Source: Lama glama
Taxonomy: Eukaryota
Assembly: GCA_028534125.1 (NCBI GenBank)
Contig: CM052816.1
Coordinates: forward strand, 88,724,001 to 88,788,000
Reading direction: 5' to 3'
DNA length: 64,000 nt
Below the pieces are notes generated by a model. The model did no database searches. It saw only the letters and a program-made list of their open reading frames with translations, and was not told where the DNA came from. Shown here one piece after another: positions 51,351 through 62,499 of the stretch. Both the position numbers and the translations under genes were made by a program. Position 1 is the stretch's first letter. Every line of letters starts with the position of its first letter.

Positions 51351-52764
51351 GAGCTCACAGCCACCTCAGGCTCCCTCATTGCCTCCTGAGTTCTCAGTGT
51401 CATCTCTTAAAAGTGGATGTAGGAAAAGTAGAACTAAATGATTTCTGCTATTTTCTGTAACATTTTCTATCAAGAAGAATAGAGCAAGGACTCATAATTT
51501 GACAAGATAATTTCTAATTTTTAGGAACAACTTAGAATTGGGTCACAGTAGTTTCCTCTGCTTCTCCTACCAGTAATTTTATATAAAATTAAAGATAATA
51601 TCACAAATATGGAATGTCCAATGTTGAAATCAGGAACTAACTTTGGTCTGGAGGGTGGGCACTCACAGAAAAGGCACTCTGTGGAGTGATACCTTTTTAA
51701 CTGAAACAGGACAGTAGAATGAAAATGACTTACATAATTACGAAAAGGATGGAGTCATTACAATATGCCAGAGGTAACAATGGCGATAAATTTAAATACT
51801 CTAGCCTCTTACACCCTAGAAGCCTAGATTTCTGACAACAGACTTAAAGACATCTGTGACTGAAACTTTTTTTTTGACACAATCCTTGATTTCTTTTTAT
51901 GTAATATAAAATAATGCTTATTTTCAATAAATATTTTAATATTAATATTGCACTTACTTAATAAATGTCTTAACTAAAATGAGTGCAAAAATCTTAACTA
52001 TATTCCAGACTCAGGTAGGAATATGTTTTGAATTATTACAGGTCTGTAGAGGTAAAATAATTGAAAAAAGAGAGACTGCTGTGAAAAACACCCGTAATTA
52101 AAGATACAATTTTATTCTTCAGCTGTAACTCCTCCCTCCCTTTCCCAAAGAGTTATGCAAACAAAATGTTTTGACAATTAAGGCTCAAATTTCTAGTGAG
52201 CAATTTTATATCTCTCTCAATTTCCATTATTCTTCTCAGTTAAAAAATGCAGTTGTAACTTGTGGACAGACAAAGCCTTCTGTGCACCAAAAATGCCCTA
52301 GTAATCCCAACCCCATTGCCTCATGTGGTTTCTTCTATTTGTTGGTTGGTTGGTTGTTTTGTTTCATTCCTCAGACTCAACTTTTTTTCCCCTTACTTCC
52401 TTTATTTTAAAATTGTTACATTTGTTACTCATCTTCCCAGAGTCTCTGGTAGGATGAGCATCTGGCATGACGCATAGTCTTAGCCCATAAACCTTAAGTC
52501 CAAGTGAGACAAAGCGTTGACCTCTTCTAGAATTAATTCACGAACTAGCCCCTTTCTATCGTTCCCTAAAAATATCTTCCCGGTATAAGTGTTGGCTCCA
52601 GGCAGGTGAATATATCCACTGTTCTCTCTTTCTGCCAAACACAGGTTTAAACACCTAACTGTACCTTTAAAACTGTTGACAGTGACATTTCTAATTGTAA
52701 CTGTATTCTTGTTTTTATCCCCTGTAAATGAAGCACTTACTTAAAATCATAACTAACTCCATTT

Positions 52765-52850
52765 CTGTGTGTGTATACATATATATTATGTATAAATACA
52801 TATATATATACACATACAAACAAGTATGTGTAGATACATACATACATATC
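52765..52850. repeat. (TG)/(TA)/(CATA) low-complexity tract
   Basis: TGTGTGTGTATACATATATATT...CATATATATATACACATAC...TACATACATACATA. Confidence 0.8.
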
Positions 52851-54554
52851 TAATTGTAATTCATAGGGACGACGCATTTTATGTTTCTTGATCTGTCTCT
52901 TAGCTATGAGGCTATGCGAGATTTGCCTTCGTGTTCTCTCAGTACATCTCTCTCCTCAGGCAGTTTCCCTGGCAAGCCTGGACTATTTCTTACCCAAATC
53001 CACACTGGGCTCCTTGCTTGCTTTCTAGTTTGGCAGAGAGCTTTGTTCATATCGCTGATATGTTCCCTTTTCTTGTGATGGTATCGATCTTTCTCCTTAC
53101 TTTCTTTTCACTCTCAACTCCCAACCTCCACTTTAAACTTCTGGTCTCCCTTTTCCCTTTTTCACATCTTGAGAGCTTGTGATTTCTTCCTTCCACATGT
53201 ATAATTCAAGAGAAAATGGGAACATAGAGTCAACTCTCAGGGTGTATCCAAAGATACTCTTAATGAAATGAATATGATGGCAATAGAACCATTCAAGTTC
53301 TGTGAAACTTCTTAACTATGTATTAGATTAGGTAGGCAGCACCATTATTTATTTCAATGCAGGGTACTTCCCGTGGTAGTAAAACCTTTTCACTGCATAA
53401 TTACTGTAATCTTCTCTAGAAAGCAAACTAAACTAAAAGAATCTGAGTAAACATGTTCTTTTGGGGAAAGATTATCCACTTTTCTATAAGATAACGACAT
53501 GATACTCTCTTTTTTAATATAATGACACGGAGTCAATAAGCATCCCCATAGACATTTAACAGTCTCGCTGAAGCCCATGATGTTGCTGTTACCCGTGTAC
53601 AATGCTACAAATCAATCTGTTTCAACATCAAGATGTTTCTTTCTTCCGGAGAGTCAGAAAAGCCAGAGCAGAAAGAGCAGTCTGTGTTGAAGTATTTTGA
53701 TAAAAGCACAGACCACAGAAAAAGAAGCAATGCCACTGAAGATGCGTAACATAACAGAACTCGCCATAAAATGTGTGCAAACCAATAACCAGATGCTTCA
53801 GCTGCGTTTGAAGCTGGTGCTAGCTGCAGCCTTTATATAATGCTCCTCTCTGGAATAATCTGGTCTAACTGCACTCTGTCTCTTAGCACCATAAGCACCC
53901 CCTGTTGTATGTACCTTTTCTCACAGTATCAGTTCACATCCATCTGATACCCAGACTCCAGCTATGTAGAGAGAAGCTCTAAGCAGAGATCAGGCCATTA
54001 TGTGGAAGGAACACCTGGCTTATATTCTTCCACTTTGCAGGAGATTCCCTATCTGATTCTGTTTCATTTCAGCTCTCCATTTGAACCTAGAATAGTCAAG
54101 AGTTTACACATTCCTAGTGCAAAGAGATTGTATGGACAACTTTCATCCCTTTTCTACTCAAAGCTTAAAAAATTATGTTTTGGGGAAATTGTTGTGTCCT
54201 CTACATGGAAACATTTAACAGGTCTTTTGTAATCATTTGCTCTCTCTCACTTTCCCAACTGTTTCTTATAGAAGGGAATACCTGGGAATGGGATACTCAC
54301 TTTTTTTTTTCCTTTTAATTTTGATGTAGTGAAAGTCTCTGAAACTTGGCTAAAAATGCTGTAACCCATTACAGAAGCTTTGGATGTTTTTCTTATTCAA
54401 TTGGGTCTTACTCAGGGAGTGGGGAAGATAAATGGCATTTTAGTATTATGCCAGGATTTTTGGCATTCAGAATGCCATACTTACTTTCTATTTCAAAATA
54501 CACCAGAAAACAGTTATATTGCATTTTTTATGGTTTATTTTATGTATGTTTATT

Positions 54555-55075
54555 CCTATAGGATTCTTAGTTGCAAATAATTGAACTAGTCTAACTATTC
54601 TAGCAATACAGACTTTATTAAAAATATTAGTTTTGTCCCATATTCACTAGGAGAGGAGAGAACCAGACTGGGCTTCTACAAGATTCAGAAACTACATACC
54701 CAGGGAGGGAAAGTGAGGAAAGTTTATAAACAACCATACACAGGCATTATCCTAATGGAAACACCACTGTACTTGTCACCTAAAACCATAGGCAATAGAC
54801 CCATGGTGTCCACTTCTGCTGTCCTCCTAAGAGATACATCCCCTGCCATGTTTGCCAGCAGATAGCTGTAGTCAGTAGCCATCTCACTTTGCTCATTTCC
54901 ACCTTCAAGTCTCATGAAGACACACTTGACTGGCAGATACAAAGACATACACCAATGACTCAAGTGAAAGCAAGCCTAAAAAAGGCAGGCTTTTAGCTTT
55001 CAAGACTCTATAATATAGAGAGACCTGGAAAAGGAGTTTGGAAAGAGTGGTAAGTGTGACTTCCACGGTAAACTG
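54555..55075 (-). mobile_element. Ancient MaLR LTR (MLT1M/N/O-like)
   Basis: GGATTCTTAGTTGCAAATAA..GAAC...GACTTTATTAAAA start motif. Confidence 0.5.
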
Positions 55076-55565
55076 TATTTCAGCTGTTGTTGTCAACACT
55101 TCGAGTTTTAAATAAGTCTGGCATGAATCGCCAATCCCACAACTCAGGAAAATTCAGTGACCGCCCAGTGTTTTGTAAATGCCTAGTTAAATTCTCTTGG
55201 ACAGCTTTTATTTTGATTACCTATTTCCATTAAATATCTCATCTTTATTTCACCATGTATCCTGAGATCTTCCCTAAGCTGACCTAGAGTTGAATCAAAG
55301 ACACAATTACTATGCGTACCACACATGTTTGTATTGTAAAGATTCCTCTGGAATTTTGCTGTATTGGAGGGGAGTTGTGTAATTAATTTAAACTTTGTTT
55401 CAGCCATCTCTGCCATTATTCATTGTTTTAACCCAGCTCCTTTTTCCAGCTGCTCTCTGATGCCATGTTGCTCCACACAAGCTCTTTTTTCTCCTCTACT
55501 GCTCACCCATCCACCCCTTCAAATCTCCACTTGTTGGGCTGCACCACTCATTAAAAGTCCCAGCT

Positions 55566-56021
55566 TCTAGACTGAAGAAAGGGTCTGGAGTCAGCAACAG
55601 AGACGTCAGTGGTTTAATAAACAGAGAGATCTCACATGTCTGAAGCAAGGTCCTAGAGTGACACCCCACCATGTCCTGTGTGACTGATGGCAGCCAGTCT
55701 TCTGGTCTTCACTGGGGGATGGGGGAGGGAGGATTACCAGTATTACCAGTTTGCCAGTTATGGGGGGACTGACATTGACATCAGGTTGGCTCATTGGTTA
55801 CCAGGGAAACCAGCAGAGGGGCATGCCCCTCACCGCCCCTTTGATAAGCTATCATGATAGAGATGTTCTGTTCTAAAGCTGAAGCAATCATTAGCTGGGG
55901 TCTGGAGCACGTATGTAGGAAGGCCAGTCATGTGATTAAGTTGTAGGTGAAGCAGGGACAGGTCGAGCAGGGGACGTACAGAGAGCAAGAGAACAGCCAT
56001 TCTGAGTGGCCTGCCCATACA
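55566..56021 (-). mobile_element. ERV solo LTR (family not assigned)
   Basis: Sharp ~455-bp GC-rich block; reverse ATTAAA near 55613; ends ...CCATACA (TGTATGG on the minus strand); internal short direct repeats. Confidence 0.7.
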
Positions 56022-56949
56022 GCACTCATTTCTCACTTAACATTTTTTGCCTATCATCTCTCCTTGGATAACCCTAGCTCATTAAAGATATACTCAGAAA
56101 AACTCACCTTTAAAATAGGATCCATTCAAAAATTAGTTCTCTTCTTGAAAATTATTATGTATTCATATCTTAAAGAAATGATATTCTTTCAAATACTGAT
56201 ATAATATCTCATAATTAAAATAATTTAGTAATTCAACAATTAAAAAATCACTGGTTGAATTTTTTTCTGTGTGCAAATAATAAAAATGCTTATTGTAGGA
56301 GAAAATTTTGAAATATAATTTCTGCTTAAAATTTGCTTATAGTCTCTTCAGAGAGCTAAAATGCATACGAGGACAAGTAAATTTACAGGGCTAGGTAACA
56401 GTAATACAAAACAGTACAGGTGGTGGAGATACCATGTGCTACTAGAGTTCAATAAAATAAAAATATTAATATGAAAGTGAGAATGATGATTTGTCATCAC
56501 AAAGGGAGTAGATTTATCGACGTGGTCTTTCATTGTATAGGCATTTTCTGATAAAGCATCTAGTGAAGAAAATCTTTCTCCAAGGTCAATGTTTGATATG
56601 CACAAATCACATTTCAAAAGTGAAGAACTTTTTAAAAAAATAAAATAGTTGTATTGATAATGTTTGATGATTAATATGTAAACACATTATAAACACCTGT
56701 AACAAATCCCTTTTAATTATACTAGTACCTGGTAGGTAGTAAAACAAGCGCTTGTCAAAATTTCAAAATATCAAAAATTCAAATTCAAGAGATCAAATTC
56801 CTATTTCTCTGCATTTGGTGTGATTTCTAATTATTAGATGGTAATTCAGTAAGTAATGCAAACTGACCCTTTTCAACATTCTGATTGACTATTTAAGCAG
56901 CTTGTCTATTTGTACAGAATTCTTTGCCTCATATGGGAAATGCTTATCT

Positions 56950-57780
56950 TATTTTCAAGTTACAATATTTGCTCTTTAAGTTCTAGGACATTGTTCATTT
57001 CACCTTTGCATTCTCCATTGTGTCTAGCATTGAGTTTTGCATATAAAGTTACTCAACGTAAAATTATCCAAAGAATAGTAAATACATGGGAGAAAATAAC
57101 CCACCGTTGAGACCTGGAAAGAATCAAAGAGCTAATTCTTCCATGTGTGCTTCCTTCACTGGTCATCTCCATTATTGTAATTGATCCTAATGAACCACAA
57201 CACAAACATGAAACGGCACCTTTTAAAGCATCAGTGAGTGCCTGATACACTTTCATCTTGGGTTCTTTAAAACTCTGTTTTCTGGATTTCCCTCAGTGTC
57301 ACTCAATGGCTTCTCTCTATGGCTTGCTATTTAAATATCAGGGTTCTCCATTGTTTCTGCCTTTGGTCCTTTAATCTTTTTATTCCACGTGTTTTTTCCT
57401 GATTCTCTTGACCACCATAAATGATTATATCTTCTGTTCAAATAACTGTCCTAAGTACCAAAACTCCAATTACTACTCCCTTGCTGGACTCTACACCTGT
57501 ACGTCTATCATAAATATTCACATCATCATTTCCAAAACCAAAATATACCTTTTTGCGCCTATCTTCACTCAGCATCAAAATAGACCCATAATTATTCTGT
57601 CCTCATACTCATTGAACATTCAATAATTCACAAGCCCTGCACATTTTATTGCCTAAAAACTGCTCAAACCTTTACCCTCATCTCTATTCCCTCAGCTAGT
57701 GCCTTTGTAAAGCCTCCCTTATCTCTTGTTGCCACTGGATATTCTTTCTAAAGCATTACTATTATTAGTGTTAGTGATAT
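56950..57780 (+). mobile_element. Degenerate L2 fragments
   Basis: TTGTTCATTTCACCTTTGCATTCTCCATTGTGTCTAGCA; ACTCCAATT; CATTCAATAATTCACAAGCCCTG; TCTCTATTCCCTCAGCTAGTGCCTT. Confidence 0.5.
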
Positions 57781-59199
57781 TATTTTTAAAACATTGTTCT
57801 TCCCAAAAGTACTGCATTCTAGAAAGTTTCTTTGTATAAGAGTATAATAGTACCATTTTCATGATTTTATTTCTTCAATGTTTTTACAAAATTATAGGGA
57901 AATACATAATATCAGAAATAAATTATACCATGCCCTCACTGTTTTCTCTCCTTCTGATCTCTTCTTAACATAGAATGCACAATCATTGCTGATCAGCATT
58001 CCCCACCTTTATAACCATCCCTCTATGCCCACTTTAGTACACCTTCTTCTAATTTTAAAAGCCTGTTAGCCCAAAACTAAGCTGAAATATTCTCTCCCTT
58101 TTTAGTTTCCATTTAAACATTTTCTTCTCCCTTTTAAAATCTTCTGACATATTTTTCATTCTATTCACCAGGCCTACATACTCATCTTCAAATAATTGTT
58201 AGACTTTTCTATTACCATGATTCTTAGTGATCTGTGTATAATGATTGTAAAATTTAGTCATATTAATAATTACAATTATATACATTTTGTATAATTATAT
58301 ATGTATTTTTTCATTAGATCCGTCAACTTGAAGACAGAAGAAATCCTACTGATATATTTAAATTCTCAACTCCTAGTAGTTTATTTGGAACATTAAGGTG
58401 TTTGGTGTTATTTTGGAGTAAATAATCAGCATCATGTTTGGTATAAAGCATATCTCTTTTACTCTTGACGTCTGAGAAATGACCCCCTTCTTTTTGACAG
58501 CACTGTCTCCCACGAAAGCTTTTGGCTCCAGTTTCCCATTTCCTTTGTACCCTTAACAAATTAAGCAGCTCTCTCTCCCTTGTTGTCTCAGGTTGTCTCT
58601 GTCAACCAGTCCCTCACTTAATGTACAGAAAAGTACTCTTTACGATCAAGTATTAAACAGCTCAAACTCTGCAAGATATACTGTCTCTCACCTCCCTACC
58701 CACTTCTCTTACTTCTTTTCCTATTTCAGCCAAATTTCTCATAAAAGAAACCAAACTTTTGCTTTTCAGTCATCCTTGCAGCCTCTGAGAATTCAAGCTG
58801 TGGAGCACAGCTCAGAAAATCCTCCCAGTCTTACAAGACTGGTGCCACTGGAAGTGCATGGCTTGTAGGTCCAGCTGGGTGCTCAGAGCAGCTCAGCCAA
58901 CCTCCTTCTGCCTGATACAGGCCCCACTGTCATTTCCGTCAGCAGCTCTCCCATTCCACACACTTGCTCCTAGCCCTTCTCCCAGTACCTCCTGATGGGC
59001 TTCTTTACCATCAGCACGTGGTTTTAGTGGTTATTAAAGTTGAAAATGTCAAATTTAATCCTATCCTCCATATACATCCTTTTAACCCTCTAGTTTTAAT
59101 TTCATTTATTTTTGCCTCCTCTACCTGTTCTAAGACCCACAAATCAATATCTAGATTATTATTTTCTATTATACCACCTGCTGGTTTCTGAAAACCCAA

Positions 59200-59400
59200 C
59201 ACTTAAGAATATGGGCTTTGAGATTCAACAGACACGAATTGTGTTTCATCGGACAAGGCAGTTCACCCCTTCAACCCTATCTTTCTTTAGATGTAAAATA
59301 GGATAACATCTATTTCACAGAGTGTTAAATGACATAATGTTTGCAGAATTTTTAGCTGAGAACTTGTTATGTACTGACTACTCAATTACTCCACAAATAG
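59200..59400 (+). mobile_element. MIR SINE
   Basis: TTAAGAATATGGGCTTTGAGATTCAACAGAC...TGTAAAATAGGATAACATCTATTTCACAGAG..TTAAATGA. Confidence 0.7.
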
Positions 59401-59639
59401 AAATAATTTTATTGTCATTCATTGAATAACTAATATATCAGGCACAATTCCAAAAAATGTGAGGGAAAAAGTGTTGGAAAATTCAGTTCTTTTCACTGGA
59501 GCTTAAATTGTTGTAGGAAAATGCATAAACAAAATTTTAATATATAATCAAGAAAGGATGAATTCTATAACAAAACCAAACAAAAAACGAGATGGAGAAG
59601 AAATAAGTGTATCATGTATAAGTCACCTTTTCTTTCATT

Positions 59640-60490
59640 ACCCATCTTGAATATCTGAAGTCCATCTAAGCTGCATTTCTCCTCAGTAGGTTACAAAGTC
59701 ACGTGGAGACTTTATTTTAGAATGTTTCTCAGTATTAGTTCATTCTGCTCATTCCCACCATGAGCACACTGGTTCTCCCTCCGTTTCCTGATAGAGACCT
59801 TGGTGAGTTCCCCCTACTGACTCCTCACAATCCCCAAGGTCTCATTCCAGGATAACCTACAACCTTCAGATTGAGGGTCTCAAAGCACAGTTCAGATTTT
59901 ATCACTTTTTTTTTAAAAAAAAAAAATGAAAAGCTCCCAATCACTGAATTACTCTCAGCCTAGCTTCCAAATCCTCCACGTTTTCCCCTTCTTCCCAGTC
60001 ATACGTCCCAGGCTCTTGTGTTCCAGCCGACTTTGCTCTTCCTCCAGCACCCTTCCCACATCTCCTGCTTCCTTTGAGCCTGTAGGTTTGCTTATGATAT
60101 CCCTGTCCCCTCTGTTGTGTTTTTCCTCTGCCAGTATTTTTTTTTTTAATTCTCTTTAATAGGAATCATTGCAAATGCCATGCTTCTTACAGCGTCTTTC
60201 TGTTTCCCTAGAGGAAATATGATCTTGCTTTTGAGTACTTGTTGCTCTTTGAGCGACTGATAAAGAAGGTATTAATCACTCTCCTTTGTATTTTGTTTAC
60301 CTGAGAATTCCTTATCTACCCAGCAGCTTGTAAACTCCTAGAAGATGTACTTTTACTACAGTGCACTGAAAACACCAAGAATACAAAACGCTTGTTCTCT
60401 CCCTTACTTAATTACTTTTCTATTACAGGGAGTACAAGGCCTAATACAAAGAGTTGCTCAAGAAATATTTGCTGAACTGAGTCAATTAAA
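59640..60490 (+). mobile_element. Degenerate L2 fragment with 3' end
   Basis: GCTTGTAAACTCCTAGAAG...GCTCAAGAAATATTTGCTGAACTGA tail. Confidence 0.55.
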
Positions 60491-60799
60491 TCAAGGACGT
60501 TTGTGTCTAATAAGTGTTACAACACTTTGTAATTTGGACTTTGAGTGTAACTCCATGACCGTACCTATCTTATGCCCTTTTGTGGTCTTCATTTACAAGA
60601 CACTTTAGCACTTACTACACATTTTTATTAGTATTGTATGATGCTGAGTGTGTAACACAATGACTATGGCCAGGAATTTAATTCCAACCGAGAAGTAAGG
60701 CGGGGTTACGCATTCCTATACAATTTACTTTAATAAGAGCAGTAATGTTTTATTACAAAGGGAAAGTAACAAAAAGGTTTGTTGACCAAGCAGGGTGAA

Positions 60800-61280
60800 A
60801 TTGAGATAAGCAACCACCTCCTAATTAGAAATATAAAGAGACTGCATTTCTAGGCTTTTGGCTAAGTGTTGGAGGAGGTCATGGAGAGGACGTGGCTGCA
60901 GGCTGACCTGAGAGCTGGACCCGGAGAAAACAGAGGTTTGTCACCCCTCCCCTGACCTTGGGATGTACATCCTGCCCACTACTCCCACAGTGGGGCTGTC
61001 TTCAGGGATGCAGCCTGGAGAGAGGAATGTGGTGTTCAGACCGTGTGGGCTATACATGGGACTGAACCCAGTTCAGGCCTCTGTATAACTTTTTAAGAAC
61101 CTGGCAGGCAGGTACGGGATCCACTCGTCTTGCGGCTGCCGAGACAAGCCTGGTATGTAAGTTGCCCTGTTTATTAAACCTGCTCCCCACCCATTTGAAG
61201 CTGCCTGCCTGTTTCTATGGTCTCTCACTGCCTTCTGTGTGCAGGGGCCAGTATGCAAACTGAGACTAAGTTGACCCCAA
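60800..61280 (+). mobile_element. ERV solo LTR about 0.8 kb upstream of the promoter
   Basis: GC-rich ~480-bp block with TATA-like TGTATAACT (~61082), TATGTAAGTT followed by ATTAAA (~61173) and a pyrimidine-rich U5-like segment. Boundaries approximate. Confidence 0.7.
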
Positions 61281-62084
61281 ATGCTTTATTTTTATTTTTA
61301 TTAATTTTTTTCCCCTTGGAAGTATCTGGGAAGTAAAAACAAAGCAAAACAAAAAATACCCAGCCTAGTCTTCAATGGTTTGTTTTGTGCTTTTGTATCA
61401 TGGTCAGTTATGGCAGTTGAGCAGTGAATGTGTCACTTTAAGAAGAAAATCTTCTTAACCTTGAAGGGATGAATCAGGTGTGAAATGCTCTGTTGGATAC
61501 ATTCAGAGGAATCCTTTTGTAGATTTATACTATAAAATTGAAAAACATTTTGTACACTGAAGCTTGACTCAGGCTCTAGTTCAGTAATATCTGCAAACAT
61601 CACCTCTCTTTCCTGATGAGAAACAGAATTATAGATCGCTATTTTTCTGGAATAAAGTGAATAACTTTTAGCATCAATCAATATCACGGAGTATTCTTTA
61701 ATTGATCCAAGCCATACAGGCACAGTTATTTCCAGAAAAAATCATTTGTCAGTGTATGTAATTCTGCTCCTGTATTTTTTCTTACATATTTGAATTAGAA
61801 AGATTTCTTTTTTGGTCACACATTCCACTCTGTGGTAATTCCTAAAATGATAATGGACAGCAGCTGTGTGATTATAAATTAGTATCAACTGGATAAGGAG
61901 AGGTACATTTTTAAAATGCAAAGCTGTGCAATAATACTAATCTCGCTTTGAGCCTCAGCTGTCTCTATCCCTCTCTCTAACAGGAGATAAAATGATGAAA
62001 AATACTTGGCTAAACTGCTGGCAAAACTCTTACTGTTTGTACCACCCTTGGAAAAGACTCTTGGGACTAGCAGTGGAATCCTTC

Positions 62085-62125
62085 CTATTGATTGGCTGGT
62101 TAAATAGGGGACTATTAGCTTCAGA
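62085..62125 (+). promoter_or_regulatory. Pol II core promoter: inverted CCAAT (NF-Y) box plus TATA-like element
   Basis: TTGATTGGCT (ATTGG at 62091-62095) immediately followed by TTAAATAGGGG (62100-62110), directly upstream of the densest CpG patch in the window. Confidence 0.65.
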
Positions 62126-62499
62126 CAGGCTGGATTGATAACACAGCGGCAGCGAGGGCTGAGGCTCTGAGCCGAGCGAGCGTCGGGGTGAAGAGGAGAG
62201 CGAGCCGGCAGCGCGAGGTGCGGGGGGCTGGCTGTGCACCGTCCGTCGCAGCACCGTGTGACTGCGGGTGCCCATCATCCTGCTTCGCAGCTGCCTCGGT
62301 CAACAACTTACTGAGGTGCCTTTTCTTTCACAAGAGGATGTCAGCTCTGAGCCCCAGCGAGAAATAACAGACTTCACCTTGGAATAGTTCATCTCACTCC
62401 TGCTTCATTAAAAAAGGATTTTGAAAAGAAAGCCAAATCAAGTCCCCTTTCCAGCCCCACTTTGTTCCCGAATTGGACAGAAACAGTTTCCTGCTTCAG
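62123..62499 (+). other. Probable non-coding (5' UTR) first exon of an unidentified gene; intron 1 runs off the window end
   Basis: Unique non-repeat sequence, CpG/GC-rich at 62145-62300, ending at consensus donor CAG|GTAAGA (62499/62500). Its only ATG opens a 9-codon ORF. TSS estimated. Confidence 0.65.

Noticed and set aside
62247..62268. REST/RE1 silencer element (CAGCACCGTGTGACTGCG)
   Set aside because: The left half CAGCACC matches, but the right half (TGACTG versus GGACAG) and the 3-nt spacer deviate from the canonical site. Needs a PWM or ChIP test.
62030..62306. Minus-strand GC-rich ORFs (82 and 61 aa) as coding exons
   Set aside because: Expected by-product of stop-codon-poor GC-rich promoter DNA; no recognisable domain, and the promoter and donor signals point to the + strand.
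62123..62499. Assigning a gene symbol to the first exon
   Set aside because: No coding sequence in the window and I do not recognise the UTR reliably; a BLAST search is needed.
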